A stretch of DNA of 54,411 nucleotides, from contig NMRA01000138.1 of NCBI GenBank assembly GCA_002633005.1, positions 746,767-801,177 on the forward strand. Reading direction: 5' to 3'. The notes beneath the pieces were generated by a model. That model was not told the origin of the DNA. It ran no database searches and saw only the letters and a list, made by a program, of their open reading frames with translations. The stretch's first letter is position 1. The number at the start of each line of letters is the position of its first letter. A program made the position numbers and the translations under genes. Positions 35,501 to 50,500 of the stretch are shown piece by piece. The DNA is from Phoronis australis. Its lineage: Eukaryota; Animalia; Phoronida.

Positions 35501-38500
35501 CTGTTTAGTAATACCAAAGGGTGGCTTAGACCAAAACAAATGCAACGGAACATTTTATACTATAATATGTTTATTCATGCCCATTTTAAGTATACCCTAG
35601 TGTTGCCATTGTCCTTAAAATACAAGTTCCCACCTTTCTAACGGCTGTACGTTCAGCAGCTGACCTCGCGCACATCACTCTAATTATGAACATGAAGAGT
35701 TCAGGGAAACGTATGAGTTCTAAAGCTGTGCCGATGAACGCCGATGTGATGATGTAGTTTACAAAAAATGCACCATTATCCGGAAGAAATATACACCTGC
35801 AGGAATAGAACAGAAACAACTGAATTATGGTAATATCATTTTACCCTGTTTAGCTGGCTGGAAAGGAACTTTGAATAAGGCCTTTTACTCTCATAAAACC
35901 AGTCTCACAATATTGTTACTGTGAATGGATTCCACGACAATGTGTACAAGCTAACACAGTAAGAACATTGTAGACCAATTCTGTGAGACTAAAAGGCCTA
36001 ATTCAATTTCCCAGCTAAATGCAGCTTTTAACAAAGCAAACCAACATTTTCATTTCACACTCCAATATCCATTACTTTGAGCAGACAGTTCAATAAGACC
36101 AACACAACCTGACAATTCTTACGAAGACTTTTTANNNNNNNNNNNNNNNNNNNNNNNNNNNNNNNNNNNNNNNNNNNNNNNNNNNNNNNNNNNNNNNNNN
36201 NNNNNNNNNNNNNNNNNNNNNNNNNNNNNNNNNNNNNNNNNNNNNNNNNNNNNNNNNNNNNNNNNNNNNNNNNNNNNNNNNNNNNNNNNNNNNNNNNNNN
36301 NNNNNNNNNNNNNNNNNNNNNNNNNNNNNNNNNNNNNNNNNNNNNNNNNNNNNNNNNNNNNNNNNNNNNNNNNNNNNNNNNNNNNNNNNNNNNNNNNNNN
36401 NNNNNNNNNNNNNNNNNNNNNNNNNNNNNNNNNNNNNNNNNNNNNNNNNNNNNNNNNNNNNNNNNNNNNNNNNNNNNNNNNNNNNNNNNNNNNNNNNNNN
36501 NNNNNNNNNNNNNNNNNNNNNNNNNNNNNNNNNNNNNNNNNNNNNNNNNNNNNNNNNNNNNNNNNNNNNNNNNNNNNGATTGTGGAGGGGATTGTGGAGA
36601 GGGTTGTGGAGGGGATTGTGGAGGATATTGTGACAGATGCAGCCATGTCATTAATGTTCAAAGTAAATTCCGCTTACTTCCATCTGATATTTTCCGTGTC
36701 GCCTCTTGCAGAGAGTAAGTATTCAAAGAAGGCCTTGGCACTAGTCAGGCCCAGTGAAGGTAGAATGACCACCATCAGTGTAAGGAATATGAAACACTTG
36801 GTCATGACAGCCTGGTGTTCAGAAGTCCTGAAACATCACACTCAATGATTAAATCCCAAAACAGCTCTCACTTTACTGATGATCGGCAAAAACAAAAAAA
36901 CATTGCCAAGTGCTAAATTTGAAAAAAATCACAACTTCAGAAAACTAAAACATTTTTTGTTAATTCCTATCTGTCCATATTTGCTGTGTTTATGTTCTAT
37001 TTTTTAAAAAAAACACACTTTTGTGGAACTTCTGTTAGTTGTTGATAAAATCTCAGACAAATTCCATAGAAGGTTTGTTTATTACTGGAAACGTTTGCCA
37101 AAACATGGCCCAAAGTAGGAGACTCCAATGTTTATAGTTTTCTAACTTTCTTAACCACACTTGTCAAAATCAGGACGAAACCACACAATCACAAGGTTTT
37201 GCCAATAATAAACAACTTGCTATGTCACACTTGGACAAAACCACATAATCACAAGGTTTTGCCAATAATAAACAACTTCCTGTTTCATACTTGGACAAAA
37301 CTGAACAACTATAGTAAGACTTTGCCAACATTTTAAGAAACAGTTGAAGTCCCTTAATTAATCCGATTTTGACAAAATTGTAAAATCCTCCAACAGTGGT
37401 TCGTGTAATCGAAAAATAGAAACTAACGTGACAACTTGTGACATAAAAGCAGATGGAATAATTTTTTCACTGTTTTAGCTCCTGATTGGCTTATGATCAA
37501 ATCTTGCAAATATGTGATTTTTTTGATTTGAGTAAACCTTTGCGTGGTTTCTCATTGCCAATACCACAAAGGATGATATTGTAAACAGCAACACACCTTG
37601 TCCAGTGTCCAGTGAGCTGGTCAGAATAGTACACAATGTACGGTAGCAAAGCAGTGAAGGACCACAGTAAGACTGTGGGTAAAAACTGCACCAAGAACGC
37701 ACTCTACAAGGGAAACAGATTATAGTCCATTACAATACAGCAAGAAATTCAACAACACTGACCACTTCAACATTTAACATTGCACTCTTCCTGTAGTTTC
37801 TACCTTAGTTTAAAGCAATCCAAAGACATCTAAGAACAATTCTTACAGGTCTGTATACTCTTGTATTTTTATCATTGATATTAAATTAATAAAAAGTTAA
37901 GGTCAGATCTATTAAAATCTGACAGCATGATGAAAAACTAAAATTTCAGAATAAGTGCTATCTACACTGCAATGTGTTAAAAACTTCATTAAAGGGCTTT
38001 ACCCAAAATTAAATTAAACTGAAGCAGAAAAAATATTTTTAACATTACAATAAAACATGACTGATGTGTCTGTAAACAATTCTATCTAACAGCACAACGA
38101 ACAATTTGTATAAAAGCAATGAGGGAAACGAATGCAACCAGCCACCCTGCCCTGGAAAATGTCATCCCTCTTTCTTACATGCAAGTCTTGTGTGTAGTGG
38201 AAACTGTCCAGTAGGTTCATAAGGATGGACGGCGTGGTCAGAAAGAAGAGGCTTATGATAACTACGGCATTGATGAAGATGGCCTTGATCCACCACACAG
38301 TGGCATGTAAAGACAGGTTCTCCCTAGATGGGTCAAATGGATACAGTGTTAACTAAGGGACCAGTCATTTTATTATTGACATATTCATGAGTGTATAACT
38401 TATGCATTACGGAGGAAAGGGGGTTGAGGCGTACTGCTACTGCATGCTTGTGGCATCATAGAAGAGAAAAGTGAAAAAAAATTTTAAACTATGCTTTATT

Positions 38501-41500
38501 TTAACTTTCACACCTAGAATACACTAAGAATATGTTGAAAATAATTTTTAATGACTGGAGAGACGACAACCAAAAATTAAGTTTTAAGCAGCCAAGTAAT
38601 AGTTAATACTGAGACCTACAAAACAGCAAAATTTCTTTTTGGGAAATTTTTTCCTGTTTTGTACATGGTGAAAATGGCATTACTTTGTTCAATGCTACAC
38701 CCTCAAGGCAAAACTTTAACGAAGTGTTAAGGCTGGGTTGTTGAATACTTTTACAAATTTTCTGCAGGATCAGAACTAATTTCCAAAAACAGTGAAGCAA
38801 AATATTCAAATAAGAATTACTATCTTGGCACTAACAGCAGAAGATACATTAAATCAATTCTGAAGGTTACCAATAGATGTCATCAGGACTGGGTGCATAG
38901 GTAGCGTCCCACAGAATAGAGTCAATCTCCACACTAAGTGATGAGAGACGAGGCAATCTTGTACTGTGAAGCAGCGAGTGCTTCATGTCCTGGTATATCC
39001 TGCAATAGTGGTGACTGGTTGTGAACAACAACTGAGGAATGACAATGGATAGTAAACCTTGTAAAGTGTTTACAACAAAATGATTAGCATTGAAAAGCTT
39101 AATTGAATCTTATTTTTGTAAGACATATGCCCCGAAAGAAGTCTTAAGCTATGTTTCTAGAGACGAAAAGAGGACCAGATGTTGTTGGAAACATTACTAT
39201 AAAACTACTCATTAAAGAGTAAAAATAATGCAGGAAGCAAAAATTCCTGCAAATTTGTTATTAGTTAACAGTGGTGCACCTATGCATTGAATGCAGTTCT
39301 GAACCACTTTTCAATTAGGGGCATTTCATCTATGACACTCCTGGGATTTTTTAAATGCATTATGGGATGGTTTTTGGTTCATAAACATACGGTGATCTTG
39401 GTGACTAGTAAATAGTATGACGAAAAACAGCACTTGTCACTGGAGCTCACTATAATTGAAAGCGAGAGTCCACTGTAACATGCTTTTTTGTGGGAGTATG
39501 ACTTAAAGCTATCACATTGTAAGAATATAAATAATCTGTGTACTAGGAATAAATAAAAAATGAGCTACAAATGCATCAAATGAACGCCAGGGCTGCACAT
39601 TGTAGAGCCAAGAAACCTGGGGAAAATGCAAGATTATGCACAACTTCACAAGTGAAGTATGTGATCACAAAGCAATAATCACTAAATTCTTGCATCTACA
39701 GAACACAACCAAGGTTTATACACTTCTCCAAGTTTTCAGTGATGTCAGCGGATGTTTACAAGCCAACAACTGTCCTTAAATGCATTTGAAAAACTACCAT
39801 CACTCATCACTGCCATCACAATGTTTTGCTGCAGATGGATTCCCCCGCAGTAAAAGCGCAATAAACTCGTATCTCGTGTCAGAAAACAACTTTTGATTCA
39901 AATTAACTGTAATTGGTTCCGTCCTGTTCCTTAAATCCAATAGAAGTAATCTCCAAGTTTGAGAAGATCTAAGAGTTCATAACTACTTCAGATCAGTCAC
40001 TGAAGCAGCCTGACTGCCAGATGAATTACATGAACTTTATCGTCAGCAATCTCAATTCAAGCAAACAAATAACGACGCGATGATGGTGCTTCGTAAGAAC
40101 AAATATGCCTTATGAAGAAAGTTTTGTTTGTCAGAACACGTTTTATAGTCGCTATAATATTAAATTAGATAATTACATCAAACTAAATAATAATTAAGAC
40201 TTACATCATAGCCATTTGATCAGTTTGAAAGGTGACGAATGCTATTCCGACTGATTTCTGATACGATGTGGCCTTGGCTTTCTCTACTTCGCCTATGAGT
40301 CGCTTCTCTTCTTCAGAGTAGTACTGAATAGCATCCACCTTTAAAAAAATGTCAAGACATATGACTATTTATAGCAGATGACATGAACTGAATCTTCCTT
40401 TCCAACAGGAATTTTAAGGAATGATAATTTTGGTGAACAGTAGATGATTGCTTAATAATTATTGAGAACATTAACAGCCATGGGGGGCTGAGGTAGTTAC
40501 GAAAGTGTACCATCACCATATTTCTTGAACGATATGAAGCTAAGGACTGTACTGTTTTCATGATTGTTACTATAATTTTCATTTAAGACTAAAAATAAGC
40601 AAATCAAAGTAACTTTGTTTAGCTAATTAAGTCAGACAGTATCTTAATATGCACAAAGATATTTATAGTCATCAAAAACAAAATGCTGTTACAATCAGGG
40701 CTTGGAATGACCAATGACAAAAAACGCGGAAACTTTGAAACTTTTACGGCCCAAATCTTGCCCGATAACCAGCCTTGAAATGGTCAGTGTGAACCTTTCC
40801 CCACAAAAATCGGGAGGACTAAAAAAAAAAAAAAACGTTACCACCATCAGTAGCATGCATCTGCGTCCTTTCAGCTCGCCCGTCCACTCCCAACCCACAC
40901 ATTTTTGGCTGCAGAGCAGTAGTATTTGTCGCCGCGCTTAACAATAACACGAGACGCCATTGAATATCTCCCACCACGCTGTCCCAGATGCCCCGGCAAT
41001 GTTGACAATTTACGTTCCTCCGAAACATANATAGAAATAAATCTTTTGCACTTGTAACTTGTCTTTTGGAAAACAATGACACTAAAACTTGTTAATCACC
41101 AATGACAAGCAGATGACAGACACCTCTTGTATAAAACACAAACTTAAATAACATTCATCAGTCTTTCAACCACCAACCAAAACGAGGGCGTTGAGCCTTA
41201 AAATGGATTGAACTGCTAAATATACCAGTTGCCATGATGTCGTCATATAAAATTCAAGGTTGTGCAACTTTTAACAACAGCCATAGTGTAACTCAATTCA
41301 ATAATTTTTCAATCCCATATCTCTATGTTTTGAGCACAACAATCCATAGGTTTTGGATGGCGTCACTGCCCAAGTCATTCTTCTGCCCCATTCTGACCTT
41401 GTCACAGCCACAGGGTTCACAACAGCAACAGAGTATACCGCAGAAGTAGGGCACCATCATGGGCCGGATGCCATCTTTATTGTACAGCAGCTCAGAGTTA

Positions 41501-44500
41501 ATACGACCTTCCCTGGCTGCCTGCCTGAGAAGTACAGAAAAATAAGGATATTAAAACAACGCATTTGTCACAGTGCATTGACAAGAACGACAATCTACAG
41601 ATAAGTGTCTGACTGAGATGGATATGAACCAGATTTCATAAGGTTCCATTAGTCATGTTAATAGGGGTTTAGCTCTGCTATGACTATGAAACTCTTTCAT
41701 AAAAGATACTACACCATTAGTCTATGGTGAATGCTTGATGACTTGTTGTCAGATGGCAATTTAATCGACCATTTACAACCACCACCTGGGCAAATGGAAA
41801 TCAAATCAAAGAAAGAAAGCTGAATAATTTCACCGGCTTAAGGTGAGAGAGGAGGAAAACTAAGTGATTGTGAAATGAATATTAAAACATATCCAATTCA
41901 CCTTTAATCAATCTAAAACCACCTGCAACACTGCCATCACCTTCAATCAAGTCAAGAGTGTCTTTCATCGTTCATACTAGCAATAAGCAAATCTTATTAG
42001 TCTACACCTTAAAGGAACCAGGAAACAAATAAAACTAATTACAAAAGGTAAACGAAAAAGTAGTAGCTATCTTAAAATGATGGTCAATAAAGTATCAAGC
42101 AATAGACAGTGTAGTTGTTCTTCTTTCAAAATGATGAGTGAAATTTCAGTTTAAGTATAATAATACAGTAACTGAAAAGTTGAATTAGTACAAATAATTA
42201 TTTGCTTAGAATGGTACAATCCAGCTGCTACAGTACAAGCCAAAAGTAATCAGATACAATACTGTTTGACCACCATTATGGTTATATCTGCTTGCAGTGA
42301 AAATGACAGGTCATGACCCCATCATTACTTGTCACAGTGGTTGTAATCTCTTCTTGTAGCCCTTCCATGCTTAAACATTCCTCGGCATACACTCAGCTGC
42401 TATGAGGGTCAATTCTACATGTGCACAGTTGTCAGGAGTAAAAGATCAGGTTACATTTTCATGTAGTGTACGCAAGATCGAATGTTTAAAATTTCACGAT
42501 TTTCTTAAGTGTTTTCAGGGGAAACATGCCTGTACCTTCTGAGAGGGTAACATTTTGGTTAAGGGGCAAATTTCACCCCGACATCATCCTGATCAGCAAT
42601 GCCGAGACTACTGTTTAGCAGATGAAGTAATTATAACCTTGAAGGGAATTTTTGGGCATGATGAGGGGAATTCCGCATGATTTTTAGTATTTAAATATTT
42701 CTATAAGGGAATTGGGTCGATATTCGGCCCCCGAGAGAGAAAGAATGAGGCATCAATGGCATTGGTTTCTAACAGTAACAGTGAAAGTGCAAGAGTGAAT
42801 TTGGATGACTTTATAATGCGCTGCTGTCATTTTTGACATTGCATTGTGCCAGCTGACAAACATTTGGTGACATCACAGATAACTTGGGAATGTGTAAACA
42901 ATGACAAAAACAACACTTGTCAGTTGAGTGCAGCAGAATTGAAAGCATAAATTCCCTGCAACATGCAAGTATGACTAAAAGCATCATGACACATAGATAA
43001 AACATAGAAAACAAGCCTCAAAATGCATCGAATAAAAGCATTAGATTAACAAATATTTTAAACAAAATATTCTCAAGATACCCCCAATCCGATCACACTG
43101 AAGTTAAATTTCACCATCTAAAATACAAATTATAATTTGGTATATCTATGATGTCAGTGGATGTTCATGAGCTGACAACCAAACCACAATGCATTCTAAA
43201 AATTACAGCAGCGCCGTAGATGAAATCCAAGGAATTGAACAGCCGTGAGCATACAAACCTCTCGCTATCCAGTTTCATCAAATTAGTAATGTTGTAGGCA
43301 AACTGAACATCTTCTATGACCACACCTGGGTAAGCCTCTCTGAAACATGTCATGGGAAAGAAAACTTGGTCAATGAAGATGAAGCAACAATAGTGGTTAG
43401 TCTGTGATCTTTGACTAAAACCATGTCATCACATTAAATAATGAACTGAATAATCTGTAGACAATAATCAAGTCATAGATCACCATTAACATTGCTTCAT
43501 TCTTCAGTATGTGACGTAAAGCACCAGGGTTAGCTTACCATACATGTCCAATGCTGAAGTCCCACAACTACAAGCAATTTATGGAGATATCAGCGTGGAT
43601 TAGCTGAAATCTCTATGATTATAAAAACACAACACAAATTATCTAGACCTGGACAAAGCAAAAGTAGACTCCCAATGTTGAGATCTTTTAATATATCATA
43701 GCGCACACAAATTCAAAACTCAAATAAATTGCAAATTGAGTGTGGATATTTATTTTGTGTTATAAACCTGCAGTAGAGTACAAATCATAGCTCACTCATT
43801 GCAAAGAAAGCCAGTTGAAAAAAGCGTTTCACAGAAACAGAAAAAATTCTCCTCCTTGCAGGCAAAACTACTAGCGCCTTCATTAACAGATAAACGAGAT
43901 GTGAGCGATACTTACTAATGGTAAAATCTAACCAATTTTAGACAAAAATAATTTACCAAAATTACTCCTTTTCCATATTTCAAGTTCACTGTAATGAATG
44001 CCTACAATTTTTCCATTTACTTTCTTATGGTATCTATGGTACAAAACTTAGAACATTGTAAAACATTAATTTGATGTTATATATTTTTATGAAAAATGAC
44101 AAAATAAAATTTCACTTATCTTCCACATGTATCCTAAATTGGTGATATTTTACCCTACTCACGTAAAATGGCGAATCATGATGATATTTTACCCTACTCA
44201 CGTAAAATGGCGCCTCATGATGATATTTTACCCTACTCACGTAAAATGGCGCCTCATGACGCTGTTGTAACACTTGTCCTTCTTAATGTTGGTGATCATC
44301 AGCGTCCTCGTCACCTCCTCGTCACCGTCGTACTTGACGTTCATTGAGAACAGCCTCATGAAGTAGATGGCACCGGCCACGTAACCAATAGTCAAGATTG
44401 TGTGCACCCAAAGTAAGGTAGGACTGGAAATGAGGGTAGTAATGATCAATGTCAACAAAGAGGGGACATTTTGAAGAAATAAACACTGAAATAAGCTATG

Positions 44501-47500
44501 TACGAACTAAACTAATCCCGCTGCATAGGAACAAACCTCATCAACAGAACATAACCTATTCTTTAAAAGCTCAATATTACATTAAGGATTGAAATGTAAA
44601 TAAATTGTTTCAATCTTTAAAAATGAAAATGTGCATGGAATTTAGCTGCAAAAACGTGTTGTACCACAGAGCATGTTCATGATATTGGAAATGATCAAGA
44701 GATTCCATCCAAAAAAATCCATGGTCAAATTCGATCCAGTTACTAACAATTTAAGTGATTGGTTGAAGGTGTGACATACTTACTTGTTATTCAAATTGGC
44801 CACTGTAGTATCTGCAAATGAGTGAGCACTGTCCGTGGCTGTAAACACAAGAGATATTCAATGACAAAACTGATTATGGATACACTTTTAACACGACTAT
44901 TTGTAAAAGCTGAAGTTTGCCATCAGAGACTGGGGAACATTTGCCAGTTATTTCTGCTTACAGTCTACTAATATCAAAATTAATCAATTTTAGTTCTTAA
45001 AATTAACATTGGCCATTACAGTCTAATGAGAGGACTGACAGTTGCAAAAAACAAACCAATTACAGTGCAAGACAAAAGTAATCAGACAAAATACCGTTTT
45101 CCATCATTGATGACGGCTAATTCTGTTAGTAGCAAAAATAATCAGACAAAATACCGTTTTCCATCATGACGGCAAATTCTGTTAATAGCAAAAATGACTG
45201 TTAGGGTGGCAAAGTTACTGTAGAATAACTTAGTCACCTTACTAACTTTCATGTTCCTTCTCGATTATGAGGGAAGACTATTTGAACAAAGAAATTTGTT
45301 CTCAGCCTATCCCTCATAACCAGGAATTTGTCTGAATATTTTTAGCTTGTTCTGGTTTAGTTTTTGGCTAAAATATTTCTACACAGTTCAAGACAATAGA
45401 TTTTATTTAATATGTTCAGAGCATTAAGCATCTCCCAAGTTAAGTAAATCACTTAAGGTTATGTTATGCATCATTCTATCATAGACTATAGTACATGGAC
45501 CGCATACTTTCAAAGGACGAAATCTGTGCTCTTACAGAAGCAATGACGTCATTTTTCACTGGCGACATCTGGCCAAATTTTGGCAAATTAGTTTTATTTC
45601 TGGAAAGTATGCCGTCTGCTAATCATGGCCGGCTGTTGTGTCATCACAATACACTAACCGTAAACTGAAATGGATGATTTATGAGAGTGGCGCCTCCTCT
45701 AGGATAGTATGCAAGAAAATGTCGGAGTTGTGAATCTGTTGTCTATAATCAATGATTCTATTGGCATTTTACAACATGGTTACAATGCAACTGTGCTGTA
45801 ATTATCGCTAAATGCATCTTCATGCACACATCAGGCAAGCAAACTCTTGAAATTTACATGTTGAACATACCTTGATATCCTTGAAAGTTGACAGGCAGAA
45901 CAACAGCCAGCGACAACACACAGAGAATGGTCATGAACACCAACAGGTGGCGTTGAAAAGACAAGTAGAGCACTGCATCACGGCCACACTTGCGTTGGAT
46001 ATCGTCATCTCTACAAAGGAGGGATTCAAACAAAAGATAGATATTTGAGAAAACTTCACTAAGAACAGACACCACAAGTTACGTGAATATTTGCCAAACA
46101 AACAGGGTTGTTGAGGACAAGGACTTGTGTATTGCAAGTGAAACTAATTGATCATCTAGATAAAATGATGTAACTTACTGTGGTCTAAATCTGTGGAATA
46201 ATTTCCTGTTAATATCAACAGGAATCATTATGGTATTCACGCACACTGTACTGAACAACTGTTCTAGACTTAGTTACATTCAGTCAACATACGACTCATA
46301 AAGCTGTTGGACACTTGCCTAATAAATAGGCTTGACAATTTTCAAGTAAACCTGTAACACCTGAGTTTCATGTTCTATGTAATGGCAACAAGATGGACAA
46401 TAAACAACCTAATGCATCATTTTACAAAAAAACAGTCTAGCATATCATTTTGAACAAAGGGACACTAAACATTTAATCCACCTTTCAACTTGAATGAAAA
46501 CAACCACTATTTAGCTTACCTTACTCTCAGAAAAGATGGAATCCATGAACAGAAACCCTGAAAAAAACCCCGTCAATTAGGAATAGGTCTGAAAATACCA
46601 ACATCTGATGAAAAGTAGAATTTCAAAGAATACTTTCCAAAACAGAGTAATTGTAACATATGTCATCTGTACGACTGAATTTTTAAAAGTACTTAACGTT
46701 CTTTTTTCTAGTTTCTGAGCAACAATCGAGGTATTAAATGGTAAAAAGATAAGTATACCCTGTCTTTCTTGTGAATTTGAGAGTCTAGAGACATCTGTGA
46801 CCCTGTCCCTGGGTTGTCATGGTCACCATAGAACAGAGACGTCCATCTGTAATACAACAAATGCTGTATCAAATGAAAGACTACTCATAACACCAGCTCA
46901 TACAAACCCAGGAATTGTCCAAAAAACGTACAAAATGACGAAATACTAATGACTCGGGGTACCAGCAATGTCATTTTGCAGTACAGCATCTAACACCCAC
47001 TTAGCTGTTTATTCTTACAACAAATCTCTTAATAAAAGGACACAATTGGATTTTCTGTTAGGACTTTACAGCCAGAGAGCCAGACCGTAAATTTGATACC
47101 AAAGTTCTTGAAAAGTCTTGAAAGGAAATTCCAGGCATATTTTACCTATTAAATATGAGAAAGAGGTCGATAGCCCCAGAAAATTTTTGAAAGCTAAATT
47201 AAGTTTCAATGAAGTTTAGTTACTATGATGTCGGCTAATAACCCAACAGATATACATGGTTACAAAAAGCCTTCGTGTACATAGCATGTTACTGTGATCA
47301 ACAAGAATTTGAAGGATCAAAAATTTCATCAATTTAATTGAAGAATTGTAATGCCTGGTTACGCAAGTAGACATTTACTAAGACACAGTAAATGTGCAAA
47401 CAAACTTACATGCACACTGAATTACACACAGAAACAGCACAAACATCTCAGCAGCTTTGTAAATTCAAAGTCAATAACCCTAAAATAGGTTCATTGGGTT

Positions 47501-50500
47501 ATGGCCATCAAATCTAAAGCAAAGCCGATTTCTGTTAACTGATAAAATCTTCTTAGTCACCTATTTTCATTAAAACAATGACAAAAATCTTAAAGGCAAT
47601 CAGATCCCTTGCCTAGCACAAATCCAATTCTGTCCATGAACTTCAATCTAGCAATGAAAGCTAATATTCAACACACACCACATCACATTACATGGGCAAC
47701 ACTCTCAATGGTCACCAAATTCAAGAAATACCACCACCTGGTATAGAGGGTAAGCGTAAGAAATACCATAACCTGTTATAGAGGGTAAGCGTAAGAAATA
47801 CCATAACCTGTTATAAAGGTTTGGGTAAGCCTACGACACACCATGCTATAAAGGTTTGTCTAAGCCTAAAACAGCGTAAGCAAGAATCATAGTTACTGGT
47901 TATGGTGACTGTAGTCTTTTTTTCAATAGCAACAAAAATAATGACAAATGTCAAGTAATCAATAAAAATTATTTAACAAATGTCGATTGAAACAATAATT
48001 TCATTTTAAACTGAAAAAAAACTGTTAAATTTCAAACGAAACCAGTCTTATTGCTGTTCAATGATCTGTGCATCTGCTATTCAATCCAAGTGTCTCTGAT
48101 GTTAAATGCTGACTGACAGTACAGTTTGCCACAACACAGTCAATCAAACCTACCAAAGCAAACCAGACCAACACCAATTACTAAAAGGATATTTCAAACC
48201 TTATTCACAAAAAATTTTCATTTTTATATTTCTCCTATGTCTAGCCCAATACTTTCTTGGGGAACTTCAAATATGAAATATATACCCTGGAGCAAGAAAA
48301 AAAGATTTAGCAAAACCACTTTGGAACCACACAAGTCCATGCTTGCTACTTATCCGAGGTCAAAAGGTTACAGGGCTGTCACTCAAGTCGAATCTCCCAC
48401 CAGACCCAGAGCAGCTCCATATACCCTTAATCCTTTCATTCATGGAGTCAGACTCTAACATTGAGTCAACGACATGTACATATGATAGAAAGATGCCAGG
48501 GAAAACGAAGACAAAACGACCAGTGAGGACGCCATGCTACAAGCCTCATGCCTCTGTGTTCACGAACACAGCAAGTTGTAAAAAGACATATGTCCTAACT
48601 CAAATTCCTTAATTTGATAGCTAACTTGACACTTTGCTGTTCTGATCTCATCCTCACGATGTGCTTTACCCACAGACTTGATTTCTGTTATCCATTTCAT
48701 ACTTGCGTTTCATAGTAGTCTTTCGGCACGTGGTGTGTATAACAATAACCTGTTAACCTACTTTAAAGTGGACCACAATGCACCATCTTGACCCACTTAA
48801 TACGTTGGCTTCAACGGTGACTTAGTTGGACTCGATGCATTGGAAATCAACTAGGCTAATCAAATGTTTTGTGATCATAAAGTTAATTACACATTGCAAA
48901 TTCAGTTTGACACTACACGGGAATTGTGAAATAATGAACACTGCTAAAGGGAGAAGAAGTTATATTGACCGGAAACAAGTTTTCACCGAATAATTAACAG
49001 AAGTCCTTGAGATTTTCACATATCCCAACTTAATCAGCGTTTTCTCGGCTTCGGCAAATTGACTTAATTTAATTTGAACTTAGGAAGATGAATACAACTG
49101 CTATTTTTACAAAAATACTTAACATGTTGCGAATTAATTTGTCATAGAAACCAAACGAAAAGACTAATCGAAAATTTCCTAACAGCATTTTTTGAGGTAA
49201 TTGGTGAAGTTTTCATTTAAAAAAGGTTTCATTAAAATCGTACCTTTCTTAAAAATGAAAATTTGACTTAAAAAGGTGTTAACGTATTGGTACATAAATA
49301 TAAATCATAATGGTATCATTTTTTTCCTGAAAATATATACCCCAACTATTTGACAAAGCCTATTTTTTGACATAAGAGATAGAATGGAGGCCACTAAACA
49401 AGGTATGATATAACCTTAACCTCCACCTTACAATGTGTACTGTAAAAACATGAGAGTAGCCTTAAAACAACACTTAATTATAACCACTAAGTACAACCTG
49501 GTGACAGCAGTACTCTTAGCCATATTGCTGTATTGCTGGCTCCCAGGCTTTTGATACAGAATTGCCTGTTTTAGTGAATATGATGAAAAACCATGTCAGC
49601 AAGATTCATATCTGCACATTATCAGCCTTTTAGTACTTTTTTAACAAGATAGCGACTGGTTGCTTGGTAACATCAATGATTGATCAATTCCTAAGAGGGT
49701 TCCTAATGAGCAACCAGCATCATTGGTACTTTATGGGGGAGTTATGTGTGGCAAACCCAAGGGACTCTACAGTACTTTCAAGATCCCTGCAATATTTTTG
49801 ACCATGAATTTAATCCCTACTAACGCGATGTTTGGAATGCTTCAAGTCATATTACTAGTCAAAGAATTCAGTGAAGAATTAGTCATCTTGTTCAATCTTA
49901 TGAAGGCCAGATAGAAATTAGTACAAAACACTTTGTATTCAACCAGTCACTGAGCGTTTTTGCAGACTGCTGTGAACAAATATCATTTGATGAACATAAA
50001 GAATCACGCTAAAATTATACTCATCACCACCAACATCATGGTCATCACGTAAGGACGAGAATTTTATTATTCACTCATCATCATCATATTATTATTATTA
50101 TCATCATCATCAATATTATAATTATTACTTCAGTTAATAGATAAATTTAAATACTTGGGATGTGATTAACAACACGACAGTCATTAGCATAGCTTGTCAT
50201 GATATGTGCTCCCCCACTCTCCGTACAATTGCCAATCTTCCAGTATGCAGTTGTAAAGCAAACTGCCAAGAATAGACATGATCACAAAGAACCAAGTGAA
50301 CATAGTACTAGCAACTATTTGGAAGTTGTTACAGAGAACATGGGCGAGTGTATGTTAAGCTGAGCAACAAAATGTACAACTGTTGTGTTTATAATCAGTT
50401 TTGCATTAATGAAAGGCTGCTACCAAAATAAACAAGGTAAAAAATTCTCCTCCTTTACAGAAAAACACATTGTCAGTGACATCCAAGAAAAATAAGGTGG

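Noticed and set aside
36055-36661. Longest ORFs in the track (198 and 180 aa)
   Set aside because: Artefacts of reading through the N gap
40696-41100. Possible hAT element starting CAGGGCT
   Set aside because: No matching right TIR or TSD found; region includes an N join
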